In this document: positions 1 through 10,117 of the stretch, piece by piece
Numbering within the stretch: position 1 is the first letter of the stretch
How the letters are laid out: each line of letters begins with the position of its first letter
IMG/VR virus record: IMGVR_UViG_3300045049_000286
Location: 1 to 64,000 of that record
Source of the DNA: a virus
DNA length: 64,000 nt
Reading direction: 5' to 3' (one strand)
Notes under the pieces: model-generated
What the model was told of the DNA's origin: nothing
Databases searched by the model: none
The model's input: only the letters and a program-made list of their open reading frames with translations
Program-made: the position numbers and the translations under genes

Positions 1-2457
1 ACAGGCTGCGTCGGCCTGGTGGTCAAGGACGCCGGCTACCGGCCGATGCTCTACAACCTGGTGCCGCTGCCCTACAAGGCCGCCACCGTGGAGACGACGT
101 CGTCGAACGTGCCGGTCAACGACGACCTGTACGCCTTCACGTCCGTGTTCGGCTTCCACCTGGACGTGATGAAGACCGAGCACGACGCGCTGCTGCGGAT
201 GAACAACATCGAGCAGTGCACCGACCGGCAGCTCTCGTTGATCGCCCAGCAGATGGGCATCGACGACCGCCTCCCGGCCCTGCCGGAGCTGCGGCGCACC
301 TTCGTGCGCGACGCCAACTCCATCCAGCGCAGCTCCGGCAGCGCCAGCGCCTTGGCCGAGCTGATGCAGGACCTCACCGGATGGCAGACCACCGCCACCA
401 TCAGCTACAACCTGATGCCGACGAGCGACTCGTCGACCTTCGGGTCCACGCTCGCGCAGCCGTGGAACGCCAACGCCTTCTACAAGGCCGGCCAGTCGTC
501 GTCCATCACCTACGACGTGGTCACGTACAACAACACGCTGTACGCCGCAGCCGCCGGCACCAGCGTCGTCGCCACATACCTGATGCCGGTCGGGAACATC
601 GCCGCCACCGGCGCCACGGTGTCCTTCATCCGCGACCCATCGGCCGGCCGCAACAAGGGCTACGTCGGCTTCAACCCCAGCAGCACCGGCTCGTCGCTGA
701 TCTTCACCGTCACCCCGAACCCCAGCCTCGCAGCCGGCAACTTCAACCTGTACGTGAAGTTCCGGCGCGACCCCGGTGCCGGCCAGGTGTCCGTCTCCGT
801 CAACGGCACGACCGTGTCCGGCTGGACCCACGACCTGTACGCGCCCTCCCGGCAGGCCGACGGCATCGTCTACATCGCCAGCGGCAACTACGGCACGAAC
901 ACCACCGTGTCCTTCAACGTCACCGGCAAGAACCCGCTGTCCAGCGGCTACGCCGTCTACGTCGAGGAGCTGTGGTTCCAGACCGGTTCCTCTATCGGGC
1001 CCCAGAACATCGGCGTCCCACCGACCGGCGCGAGCAACTCGTCCACCTTCTGGACCACCACGATCGGCGGCAACGAGCTGCCCGACATCGACACCGAGCG
1101 CAACTGGCTGACCGACGGCCAGAACATCTGGAACCTGATCGACGCCAACGGCAACACCAACGCCCGGCCCGACAACGCCCAAGGCGGCTCGAACCCGACC
1201 TCGTCGTTCGGCGTGATCCCCTACGGCAGCTACGTCGGCACCAACGCACCCGGCATCGGCAACTCGCTCAGCTACCAGAACAACGGCACCGCCGGCAAGA
1301 TGACCCTGCAGACCTGCGGCTACGTCCAGTACGCCGGCTGGTCCGCGACCACGCCGTACATGGCCGGACAGCCGGCCTCCTGGGGCCTGCCCGCGACCGT
1401 GCCGACGCTGGTCTACGTCGCGAAGAACTACACCCTGGGCGACCAGCCCGACCAGAACCCCACGAAGTGGGAGCCCCACCAGTTCACCGGAACGATCAGC
1501 GGCGGCACCGACCCGCTGCTGCTGCCGAACCAGGCCGTAGTGATGCCGCAGATCCCCCTGTGGGTCGCCTCCAACAGCTACGCCAAGGGCACCGTCATCC
1601 GGTGGCGCCAGACCCTGTACCAGGCAGCGCAGCAGGTCCCGGTAGGCGCCGCCCCGTCCGGCTACAACGCCGACACGCCGTTTTGGCGTTGGATGGGCCC
1701 GGCCGAGCAGATCTACACCTTCTCGGCCTACCACTACCGCACCTCCACCGCGACCGGCGTGAACGTGCGGCCGGGCCTTGACTGGTACGACGCGAACGGC
1801 AACTTCCTCGGCCACGCGGGCTCCACGGACGGCAAGACCCAGGTCTGGGACGGATTCAACGACTACTCGGCCTCTTGGCCCTCCTCCACCGTCGCCGCCC
1901 CGCCTACCGGCTGGACCACCCCAGCCGCCTGGCATATGGGCACCGGCATTCCCTGGGTCACCACCTACGGCACCTGGGCACCGGTCGACGACATGGCCGC
2001 CCCAACCGCCTGGGTCTCCGGTGTCACCACACTGCAGCAGCAGGCCGGCCGGATGCTGTGGTTCGACCGCACCTGGCTGTACTCCGGCACCCTGGTCGAC
2101 ACCGTGTACGCCACCTTCCGAAGCGCCCCCTTCGACCCCTCCAACACGATGGAGCACGGCATCGTCGTGCGCTACAACAGCGCGAACGGGTACTGGCTCG
2201 CCTCCCGAGACCGCCTGTCGTACACCACCTTGACCTACACCTCCGGCAACCTCACCGGAGTCACCAACAGCGTCCAGGCGACGTGGACGCCCATCACCGA
2301 CGGCACCCGCATGAAGGTCACCGTCAACTCCGGCCAGGTCATGGTCTACGCGATGACCGGCGCGCAGCCCGGCACGTGGGTGCAGCTCGCCAACGTCTCC
2401 AGCACCCAGTTCAACACCCAGACCGGCGTCGGTCTCCTGGAGAGGATTCGCCTGTAA
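1..2457 (+). CDS. Tail/baseplate protein with P2 gpI-like N-terminal segment and CBM5/12-like repeats (5' partial)
   Basis: Frame open from base 1; LSLIAQQMG..RRTFVRDA..SGSASAL..LTGW resembles Tail_P2_I; W..Y..G..V.Y/W...Y.A repeats. Confidence 0.7.
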   Translation, partial: TGCVGLVVKDAGYRPMLYNLVPLPYKAATVETTSSNVPVNDDLYAFTSVFGFHLDVMKTEHDALLRMNNIEQCTDRQLSLIAQQMGIDDRLPALPELRRTFVRDANSIQRSSGSASALAELMQDLTGWQTTATISYNLMPTSDSSTFGSTLAQPWNANAFYKAGQSSSITYDVVTYNNTLYAAAAGTSVVATYLMPVGNIAATGATVSFIRDPSAGRNKGYVGFNPSSTGSSLIFTVTPNPSLAAGNFNLYVKFRRDPGAGQVSVSVNGTTVSGWTHDLYAPSRQADGIVYIASGNYGTNTTVSFNVTGKNPLSSGYAVYVEELWFQTGSSIGPQNIGVPPTGASNSSTFWTTTIGGNELPDIDTERNWLTDGQNIWNLIDANGNTNARPDNAQGGSNPTSSFGVIPYGSYVGTNAPGIGNSLSYQNNGTAGKMTLQTCGYVQYAGWSATTPYMAGQPASWGLPATVPTLVYVAKNYTLGDQPDQNPTKWEPHQFTGTISGGTDPLLLPNQAVVMPQIPLWVASNSYAKGTVIRWRQTLYQAAQQVPVGAAPSGYNADTPFWRWMGPAEQIYTFSAYHYRTSTATGVNVRPGLDWYDANGNFLGHAGSTDGKTQVWDGFNDYSASWPSSTVAAPPTGWTTPAAWHMGTGIPWVTTYGTWAPVDDMAAPTAWVSGVTTLQQQAGRMLWFDRTWLYSGTLVDTVYATFRSAPFDPSNTMEHGIVVRYNSANGYWLASRDRLSYTTLTYTSGNLTGVTNSVQATWTPITDGTRMKVTVNSGQVMVYAMTGAQPGTWVQLANVSSTQFNTQTGVGLLERIRL

Positions 2458-4541
2458 TGAGCACCCCCGTGCCGGTGACCTTCTCCGGCCGCTCCACCAG
2501 CTCAGGGACCGTCGCGTTCGTCAAACTACAAGACGTCCCCCTCGCCCTGTCCGGCAAGTCGACCAGCTCGGGCACGCTGACCTTGTCGACGCAGAGCGTC
2601 TACGGGGCGTTCGACGACTTCGGCGTCATGCCGTATGTGGCCGGTGCAGAGCTGACCGACCCGGTCATCACCGGCCTGGTCGATATCACCGCCCGCATCG
2701 GAGGCTCCGACACGGCCAACGCCTGGCAGCGCATCTCCGTCAGCGCCCGCCGGCCGGTCGACTACGCACCCGGGCCGGCCGGGCAGCTCTACAGCCGCGC
2801 CGCGTACGCGCGCCTGTCGATCAACACCGACTCGATGCCGGTGGGTCAGCCCATGCAGATCACCGGCGCGCAGTTCGAGCAGACCCCGGGACAGCCCTAC
2901 CCCCTCACCGACTTCCCCGGCATCAACCTGCTGACGACCGAGCAGTCCTCCTACGAGGGCCGCCTGATGTACGTCCCGACCGCCACCTTCCAGGGCGCCA
3001 AGTTCGCCCGCGACAACTCCCGCGCGAGTTGCGGTGTGTGGAGCGGCCACTACACCTACGCGACCCCGCCAGCCGCCAACACCTACCAGGCCGTGCAGGG
3101 CTGGGGCAGCTACAGCGGCGCCGAGGCCGGCAACGCCACCTACTCGCAGCTCATCTACAACGTGCCGCCCGGCACCAGCCCAGGCACCGGAACCGGACAG
3201 ACCACCTTCACCATCACCCCGATGCCCGAGGCGGTGGTCCCATGCAGCGCCGGCACCTACATCGTCGGCTCGCTCAACATGACCATGGCAGTGGCCACCC
3301 CGCCGGCCGGCCACTGGTTCGCGGAGATCACCTGGTACAACTCCTCGATGGCCGAGATCGGCACCACCCTCGGCCCCGGCTACAACATCACCGGCAACGG
3401 GGTGTGGGACCGCGTCATATCCACCGCCACCGCGCCCGCCAACACCGCCTACGTGGGCCTGGGCGCCCGGTTCATCGCCACCTCCGCGATCAACTCCTGC
3501 GAGTGGTGGGCTGACGAGCACCGCCTGTACACCCCGATCAACCTCAACCCCGCCGGCACCTCGGGCACCAGCCCCGCCCGCCCCTGGCACTCCCCGCGCC
3601 TGGTCATCCTGCGCCCGCAGGCCACACGGGTGAACCTGTGCCAGAACCCCGGCTTCTACAACGACCTGGCTGGCTGGTCCAGCCAGGTCCCCGCCGGCGT
3701 CACCGCCACCTGGACCCGCAACACCACCGCCGGCCTCGGCGGCGGAGCGTGCGGCGACTTCCAGATCGCCTCCGGCATGCCGACCGGCGCGCTGCTCGGC
3801 AACGGCGTCGTGCCCTGGACCGGAGTCGGCACCACCAACAACCCGACCGGCGCCAACTGGATCGCCATCGACCTGGTGCCGCCCGGCAAGCAGGCCACCT
3901 ACAGCGCCTACGTCAAGACCGTCCAGGGCGGCCTGCCCATCACCATCTGGGCCGACAACGGCAACACCCTGGTACGCGGCACCAGCGCCGCGCCCGGCAA
4001 CGGCAACTGGACGCGCATCTACGTCACCGTCACCACCCGCAGCGACTACGGCGGCTCGGCCATCGTGAACATCGGCTACGCCGCCAGCGACGTCCAGCGG
4101 ATCTACTCCGCCTGCCCACCAGCCACCAACCCCGACGTGTGGCAGCCCATCGCGGCGGGCAGCTACGCGGCCTGGTCCGCCACCACCACCTACGCCACCG
4201 GCGCGCAGGTGGTCTACACCGACGGCAACTCCTACCAGGCCCTGGTGCCCAACGGCCCCTACTCGACCGTGCCGAGCGCGCTGGAGTTCTACGTCGACCA
4301 GATCCTCGCCGAGGCGTCCGGGCAGCTCCAGCCCTACTTCGACGGCTTCACCGCCGGCGCGGACTACATGTGGGAGCCGCGCACCGACACCCGACCCCAG
4401 ACGGGCGAGTCCCGGTCGCACTATTACCTCGGAAAAACGGTCAATCAATACCGTCTCGACCAGGCCCTGCAGCGGGCCATCCCCGTGGGCAGCAAGTACG
4501 CCGTGATCTACGCGTCGCCGCCCATCCCACAGGTCGGGTGA
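2457..4541 (+). CDS. Minor tail/baseplate protein with carbohydrate-binding-like domains
   Basis: ATG overlaps upstream TAA (TAATGA); T/G/W-rich; NLCQNPGF and AWSATTTYATGAQVVY motifs. Confidence 0.7.
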   Translation: MSTPVPVTFSGRSTSSGTVAFVKLQDVPLALSGKSTSSGTLTLSTQSVYGAFDDFGVMPYVAGAELTDPVITGLVDITARIGGSDTANAWQRISVSARRPVDYAPGPAGQLYSRAAYARLSINTDSMPVGQPMQITGAQFEQTPGQPYPLTDFPGINLLTTEQSSYEGRLMYVPTATFQGAKFARDNSRASCGVWSGHYTYATPPAANTYQAVQGWGSYSGAEAGNATYSQLIYNVPPGTSPGTGTGQTTFTITPMPEAVVPCSAGTYIVGSLNMTMAVATPPAGHWFAEITWYNSSMAEIGTTLGPGYNITGNGVWDRVISTATAPANTAYVGLGARFIATSAINSCEWWADEHRLYTPINLNPAGTSGTSPARPWHSPRLVILRPQATRVNLCQNPGFYNDLAGWSSQVPAGVTATWTRNTTAGLGGGACGDFQIASGMPTGALLGNGVVPWTGVGTTNNPTGANWIAIDLVPPGKQATYSAYVKTVQGGLPITIWADNGNTLVRGTSAAPGNGNWTRIYVTVTTRSDYGGSAIVNIGYAASDVQRIYSACPPATNPDVWQPIAAGSYAAWSATTTYATGAQVVYTDGNSYQALVPNGPYSTVPSALEFYVDQILAEASGQLQPYFDGFTAGADYMWEPRTDTRPQTGESRSHYYLGKTVNQYRLDQALQRAIPVGSKYAVIYASPPIPQVG

Positions 4542-4544
4542 GGT

Positions 4545-4853
4545 ATGCCGCCGCTCTTCGTCATCGACGCACTGGCCGTGCTGTTCCTATGGAGCATGGT
4601 CGGCCGCCCCCTGGTCTCCCTACTGGACGAGGTCCTCGACGGTCTGCCGGCCCTCGCGCTGCGGCCCGCCGTCGTCGCGGGACTCGCGTACTGGACGCTG
4701 TCCACGCACTCGCTGTGGTGGACCGCGTGCGCCGTCGGCGGCGCGGTCGGCGCCTGCCTGGCCGCGATCGGCGCGCTCCAGCATGTCGCAGACCAGCCGC
4801 CCGCGACGCTGGTGACACGCCGGTCAGCCCCGCGCCGGCCGTTCACGCATTGA
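4545..4853 (+). CDS. Membrane protein
   Basis: About 3 hydrophobic segments; GAGG RBS. Confidence 0.6.
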   Translation: MPPLFVIDALAVLFLWSMVGRPLVSLLDEVLDGLPALALRPAVVAGLAYWTLSTHSLWWTACAVGGAVGACLAAIGALQHVADQPPATLVTRRSAPRRPFTH

Positions 4854-4967
4854 CGACGCTGCGCCACACGGGTGACGTGACGACATTTCCGTCGAGGTCC
4901 GTGCATTCCGGACATTTGTGGTGTGACTATCTGGTGGTCATCCCCCGCGAATGCTTGGAGGTACTCC

Positions 4968-5840
4968 ATGGGTGACCTGCGCCCCGTGACCGTGGGAGCC
5001 ATCGGGACCGGCGCCGTCACGGCCGACCTGGTCTGCGCCGCCCTCAACGACACCTTCGCCTACGGCCCCGAGGACGACGAGGGCTACTTCGCCCCCTCGG
5101 ACATGTGCGAGGTGAGCCTGCTGCTGTGCGCCAACGACGACATCCCCGCCGGCCTGCAGCAGGTGTGGCAGTGGGGACTTCGGTGCGAGCTGCGCATGGA
5201 GCTGTACACCGCCGGCGACAACCACGAGTCAATCACGGTCGTCGCCGAGACCCTCGACGGGACCGACCTGCACAAGGTCGTGGCCTCCCCCGTCACCGAC
5301 ATGCTCGCCGCCCTCGGCGCCGGCGAGAACCCGCTGCTGCTGGTCATCTCCGAGGACGGGGTCCTCGACGAGGACGCCGAATGGGCCGCCGCTCGTGCGC
5401 TGGAGAAGGACATCCCCGTCTTCGACCTCTCGCGCGCCGTACTCCAGCTCGACTGGGATGACCTGCCCCACCACGAGGCGCCCGAGCCGGTCCAGGAAGA
5501 ACCAGACGGGCAGCTCGCCCTCGTGGTCGACGACGGCCCCGAGACCATGCTGACCGCCAGCGAGGTCCGCACCATCAACGACGTGCTCGGCGCCATCGGC
5601 GAGTTCGCACTGCAACTGCGCGAGCTGCTCGCCAACGGCATCGACGACCTGCTCGCCGACATCAACAAGGCCCGCGCCGTGCTGGCACCGCGCGCCGCCG
5701 AGCCCGAGGAGAAGACCAGCAAGCGCGCCTCACGCCAGTACCTGGAGGTCTTCGACGAGGCCACCGGGGAGTGGAAGCGCGCCGGACGCGGCCGGCCGAA
5801 GAAGGGCGCCCAGACGCGCCTGGTCCCCGCGAACTCCTGA
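4968..5840 (+). CDS. Hypothetical protein with C-terminal AT-hook
   Basis: GGAGG RBS before ATG 4968; ends KRAGRGRPKKG. Confidence 0.65.
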   Translation: MGDLRPVTVGAIGTGAVTADLVCAALNDTFAYGPEDDEGYFAPSDMCEVSLLLCANDDIPAGLQQVWQWGLRCELRMELYTAGDNHESITVVAETLDGTDLHKVVASPVTDMLAALGAGENPLLLVISEDGVLDEDAEWAAARALEKDIPVFDLSRAVLQLDWDDLPHHEAPEPVQEEPDGQLALVVDDGPETMLTASEVRTINDVLGAIGEFALQLRELLANGIDDLLADINKARAVLAPRAAEPEEKTSKRASRQYLEVFDEATGEWKRAGRGRPKKGAQTRLVPANS

Positions 5841-5934
5841 CAGACGCGCAAAGCCCCCTCACAGGATCGTCAACACCGCGAGGGGGCGCGCATTCCGGAT
5901 CGACATTCCTCCGGGGCAGTGAAGGGAGATTAGC

Positions 5935-6378
5935 ATGCAGCCCGTCACCATAGACGACATTCTCCAACGTGTTCCCGACCGTGCGCAGCTCGCCTACACC
6001 AACCTCATCACGCACCGAGACTCAGTGTTCGACGACGCCACCGGCTGGTCCTACGCCTACCTGACCCAACGCGAGTTGGCCTGCGAGATGGGCGTCGCAT
6101 ACCGCACCGCTCAGCGCGCGCTGGTGGATCTGCGCGAGGTGGGCCTCGTCCGCGTCCTCGCGTGGCCGACCGCGCAGACCGAGACCCACATTCGCGTGGC
6201 CGACATCGACATTTCCTCGGTGTTCGGCCCCATCCGCGCAATGCAGGAGCAGCTCCCGCGCGAAGAGCAGATCGACTGGGCAATCCAGCAGCTCAGGCGC
6301 TACTTCGACTACCTCGACGAGGCCGAGGGAGTAACTGACGCCTCAACTGGCGGTTCGAGCGCATGCGCTGGGAGCTAG
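5935..6378 (+). CDS. Winged-HTH DNA-binding protein, replication-initiator-like
   Basis: LTQRELACEMGVAYRTAQRALVDLREVGLV HTH; heads replication module. Confidence 0.75.
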   Translation: MQPVTIDDILQRVPDRAQLAYTNLITHRDSVFDDATGWSYAYLTQRELACEMGVAYRTAQRALVDLREVGLVRVLAWPTAQTETHIRVADIDISSVFGPIRAMQEQLPREEQIDWAIQQLRRYFDYLDEAEGVTDASTGGSSACAGS

Positions 6379-6457
6379 AGCAGGAGCTAGAGCACCAGCA
6401 AGAGCAGGGTGCGTAAAGAGACTTCGTCTCTTTACTCCCTGCGCGCTGACGCGCGCA
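6371..6457. repeat. 12-bp tandem repeats plus two inverted repeats; candidate replication origin
   Basis: GGAGCTAGAGCA x2 plus degenerate CCAGCAAGAGCA; GTAAAGAGAC-TTC-GTCTCTTTAC; TGCGCGC-TGAC-GCGCGCA. Confidence 0.55.
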
Positions 6458-6493
6458 TCTCAAAACAAATGACAGACCGAAGGAGCCGACGCC

Positions 6494-7039
6494 ATGGGGC
6501 GCAAGTACATCGACCCTGACGCAGAACTGAGCATTATCGGCGCTGGCGAGTCCATGCTGGACCGGCCCGACAAGAGCCCTGACGGCCCCTCTGACAGCCT
6601 CGACGACGAGGGCGGCTCCTCGCGTCGGCTGACCCCCTACCAGGTCCGCCAGCGCCTAACCCAGGAGCGCAAGCGGAAGCCCAAGCCCGACTCCGCCACC
6701 GGCCTCGCGATCCACTTCCTCGACCGCTGCCCGCAGCGCTCGTGGACCCACGGCCTGGAGTTCGCCAACCTCCGCTCCATCGTCGCCGTGTTCTCCGAGT
6801 TGCTGCGAGCCGACGTCACCCCCGACACCTGCCGGGCCATGGTCGACCTGTACTTCACCCGCCTCGGCGGCCGGACCCCGAACCGCGCATACGTCTGGGA
6901 CTTCAAGTTCCAGCGCTACGACCTGCTGCGTCAGCTCGCCAAGACCGGCCAGACCAACGCCACACCCGAGGACTACGCGGACTGGAACGCCGGCACCGAG
7001 CAGACCGTCGACTACGCCGCCTCCTGGGGCCAGGTATGA
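6494..7039 (+). CDS. Hypothetical replication-associated protein
   Basis: AAGGAG RBS; coupled to DnaC-like gene by ATGA overlap. Confidence 0.7.
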   Translation: MGRKYIDPDAELSIIGAGESMLDRPDKSPDGPSDSLDDEGGSSRRLTPYQVRQRLTQERKRKPKPDSATGLAIHFLDRCPQRSWTHGLEFANLRSIVAVFSELLRADVTPDTCRAMVDLYFTRLGGRTPNRAYVWDFKFQRYDLLRQLAKTGQTNATPEDYADWNAGTEQTVDYAASWGQV

Positions 7040-7710
7040 CCCTGCGTATCACCACCGACATGGACCCCACCCGGGCCATGTTCATCGGCACCGGCATCCC
7101 ACCGCGCTACCGCCACCTGGACATCCTCCAGATGGCCTCCGGCCCCGACCGCCCCTGGATTGGCCTCGCCTCCGAGTGGGCCGTGGGCTGGCCCGACCAG
7201 CAGCGCACCGACATCTACACCGGGCTCCCCGCCCACCCCGACGCCTACGGGCGCGGACTGCTGCTCGCCGGCGCCCCCGGACGCGGCAAGACCACCATCG
7301 CCCTGTCCGTCCTGTGCACCCTGCGCCGGCACTTCGGCACCCGCGTCTACTTCGTGCGCTGGCCCGAATACATGGACTGCGCCCGCGAGCTGCTGTCCAA
7401 CAACGAGGACTACAGCGACGCCAAGCAGCGCGCCTACCGCGTCCTCGACGCCGTCGCCGACACCCCCGTGGTCTGCCTCGACGACGTCGGCCACGAGCAC
7501 ACCACCGCGTCGCGCTACGCCGAGGACACCCTCCACCAGCTCCTGCGCGACCGCTACCAGCGCGGCCTGGCCACCCTCATCACCACCAACCTCACCGGCG
7601 AAGCCTGGCGCGACACATACACCGACGCCTGCCGCAGCTTCATCACCGAAGCATGCCTCGTCGTCCCTTTCACCGGCCCGAGCCTTCGGAGCAGCCATGC
7701 AGAACGGTGA
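7036..7710 (+). CDS. DnaC/IstB-like AAA+ ATPase (helicase loader)
   Basis: GIPPRY; Walker A GAPGRGKT; Walker B VCLDDVG; ITTN. Confidence 0.9.
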   Translation: MTLRITTDMDPTRAMFIGTGIPPRYRHLDILQMASGPDRPWIGLASEWAVGWPDQQRTDIYTGLPAHPDAYGRGLLLAGAPGRGKTTIALSVLCTLRRHFGTRVYFVRWPEYMDCARELLSNNEDYSDAKQRAYRVLDAVADTPVVCLDDVGHEHTTASRYAEDTLHQLLRDRYQRGLATLITTNLTGEAWRDTYTDACRSFITEACLVVPFTGPSLRSSHAER

Positions 7711-8155
7711 CATCTCCAACGAGCCCATCGACAACAGCGCGATCTACGTGGTCTGGGAGGGCATGCTCGGCCTCCGCCACCGGCGCTACACCCCCTCGCT
7801 GTTCCGCTGGTACGCCGCCACCGTCGGCCCCCGCCGCGCCCTCAAGCTGTTCTTCGAGACCAACCAGGCGTGCGTCGACCAGCTCTGGGAGCTGTGGAAC
7901 AACGCCCAACCCATCGCCGTGGTCACCTACCTGCCCCCCAACGTGCACCAGGCCCTGCTGTCGCGCCTGCGCCGCGAGGACGTCCCCTTCAGCAGGCTGA
8001 TCCCCTCCACGCCACAGGAGATGGCGCGTCGCGTGGCGCTCGACTCCGGCTGCCGGCAGATCATCGACCCCGACCCGAAGCACGTGGGCCTGTACGGACG
8101 CAAGGGCATCTGGCTCGCCCCGGAGAGCGCCAAGCTGATCGGCAGGCTGCAGTGA
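7697..8155 (+). CDS. Hypothetical protein, possibly degenerate HAD-like fold
   Basis: IYVVWEGML resembles HAD motif I without Asp; GC3-biased frame. Confidence 0.6.
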   Translation: MQNGDISNEPIDNSAIYVVWEGMLGLRHRRYTPSLFRWYAATVGPRRALKLFFETNQACVDQLWELWNNAQPIAVVTYLPPNVHQALLSRLRREDVPFSRLIPSTPQEMARRVALDSGCRQIIDPDPKHVGLYGRKGIWLAPESAKLIGRLQ

Positions 8156-8610
8156 GCAGATTCGTGCGCCCCGATGGCACCGTCTGGGCCTGGTGGATCT
8201 TCAAGGACGCCATCAAGAACGGCCCGGCCGCCCGCCAGTGGCACGGTCGAATCCGGTCCTTCGCCAAGTTCCTGCAAGACCGCCTCCCCTACGACGAGGA
8301 GCTGTTCAAGCTCGTCAACGAGGAGCGCGTCGAGCGCTACACCCGCCGCCGCGCCGAGCACTCCCTGTACGGCGCGCCGTCCTCGGGGATGACCCGGTTC
8401 CTCGCCGACACGCTGTGGATCTCGCCGGCGTGGCTGTGGATGCCGCCGTCGGCCGAACCGCCCGACGTGCACCCCGCCATGCTCACCGTCCTGACCCAGC
8501 TCCAGGGCCCCGACCTGCGCGGATTCCTCGTCGGCTACGAGCTGCTGCTCGCCGAGGCCCGCAACAACATGCTCCCGAAGCTGCCCCGGATGTGGAGCCC
8601 ACGATCATGA
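8152..8610 (+). CDS. Hypothetical protein
   Basis: GTGA overlap start; GC3 bias. Confidence 0.65.
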   Translation: MSRFVRPDGTVWAWWIFKDAIKNGPAARQWHGRIRSFAKFLQDRLPYDEELFKLVNEERVERYTRRRAEHSLYGAPSSGMTRFLADTLWISPAWLWMPPSAEPPDVHPAMLTVLTQLQGPDLRGFLVGYELLLAEARNNMLPKLPRMWSPRS

Positions 8611-8882
8611 TCAAGGTCCCCCCGGGCTTCGACCCGACCTGCAGCACCGTCCTGCAGATGCTCCCCGCCGCCGGCCTGCACCGCGCCGTCTTCGGCGACG
8701 ACGACCAGGTAGGCGTCTACGAGATCTGGCCGATCGTCGGCTGGGCCTCGGTGATGCACATACCGGCCGACGGCCTGCCCGTCGTCGCCCTCGAACCCGT
8801 CGTCGACGCCGAGGACTACGGCCCGATCATCGCCTCCGACCTCACCCGCGAGACCGGCCTGGACCTTCGGCGGGTGGAATGA
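8607..8882 (+). CDS. Hypothetical protein
   Basis: ATGA overlaps at both ends. Confidence 0.65.
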   Translation: MIKVPPGFDPTCSTVLQMLPAAGLHRAVFGDDDQVGVYEIWPIVGWASVMHIPADGLPVVALEPVVDAEDYGPIIASDLTRETGLDLRRVE

Positions 8883-10117
8883 ACCAGCTCGAAGAGCAGG
8901 TCCTGAGCTACATCGCGATCGAGGGCGACCTGGACACCGTCCGAGATGCCGGCGTGACGGCCGACCACTTCCTTCTGCCGGCCAACCGCACGATCTTCAA
9001 CGACATCCTGTCCTTCCACCGCGACTACGGCGAGCCGCCCACCCCCGAGGTCGTCCTCAAGGACCACCCCACCTTCAAGTTCGCCACCGACGCCGTCGCA
9101 CCGATCGGCTACCTGGTCGCGCAGCTCATCGAGAAGCGCACCCGCACCATCATCGAGGTCGGCCTCGGGCAGGCCATGTCCGCGCTCGACGACGGCGGCC
9201 CCGAGCGCGCCCTGCAGGTGCTGCGTGTCCTGCAGACCCAGGCGGTGCTCGCCAACGCCCACATCACCGAGGTCGACTACGCCACCACCGGCACCGACCG
9301 GCTGGAGTGGTACCGCAACGCCCGGGAGAACCCCGACGCCATGCGGGGCCTGCCGACCGGCTTCGTGTTCCTCGACAAGCTCTTGCGCGGCATCCAGTCC
9401 ACGGACTTCTTCGTCCTCACCGGGCTGGCGAAGAGCTGCAAGACCACCGTTCTGCTGGCGATGCTGCGCACCGCATTCGAGGCCGGCGCAAAGCCGCTCG
9501 CGCTGTCCTTCGAGATGAGCTACCCGCAGATCGCCCGCAGGCTCGACGGCTTCACGTTCGGCATCAACCCCAACGACCTGCTCAGCGGCCAGGTCAGCGA
9601 GAAGGACTGGCGCCGACTTGAGCGCGAGCTGACGAAGGAGGTCGAGGACAAGTCGCTGATCTTCACCGAGGATCGCGCCGGCTCCATGACGGTCTCGGGC
9701 CTGGACCGCAAGATCGAGCAGCTCAACCCCGACATCGTCTTCCTCGACGGCGCGTACTTCCTGCGCGACGAGATCTCCGGCGAGACGCAGACCGCGCTCG
9801 CGCTCACCAACGTCTCCCGGGGCCTGCGGAAGATCTCCCTGGACCGAGGCGTGCCGCTGGTGGTCACCACCCAGTCCCTGCCGTCCAAGGTCGGCGCGAA
9901 GGGCCTGACCGCCAACAGCCTCGGCTACACCAGCGCCTGGGTCCAGGACGCCACCGCCGTCATCGGCATGGAGGCCACCGACGAGATCGGCGAGTACGTC
10001 ATGAAGATCATCGAAGCCCGCGAGGCCCCCCGCTCCCAGACCACCCTGTCGATCTCCTTCGATCCCCCGTCGATCGAAGAGGCCCCGCCGGAGGACGAGA
10101 ATGACTACCCCTACTAA
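8879..10117 (+). CDS. dnaB: DnaB-like replicative helicase
   Basis: GLPTGF..LD; variant Walker A GLAKSCKT; SFEMS; IVFLDGAY; VVTTQ; QDA. Confidence 0.9.
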   Translation: MNQLEEQVLSYIAIEGDLDTVRDAGVTADHFLLPANRTIFNDILSFHRDYGEPPTPEVVLKDHPTFKFATDAVAPIGYLVAQLIEKRTRTIIEVGLGQAMSALDDGGPERALQVLRVLQTQAVLANAHITEVDYATTGTDRLEWYRNARENPDAMRGLPTGFVFLDKLLRGIQSTDFFVLTGLAKSCKTTVLLAMLRTAFEAGAKPLALSFEMSYPQIARRLDGFTFGINPNDLLSGQVSEKDWRRLERELTKEVEDKSLIFTEDRAGSMTVSGLDRKIEQLNPDIVFLDGAYFLRDEISGETQTALALTNVSRGLRKISLDRGVPLVVTTQSLPSKVGAKGLTANSLGYTSAWVQDATAVIGMEATDEIGEYVMKIIEAREAPRSQTTLSISFDPPSIEEAPPEDENDYPY

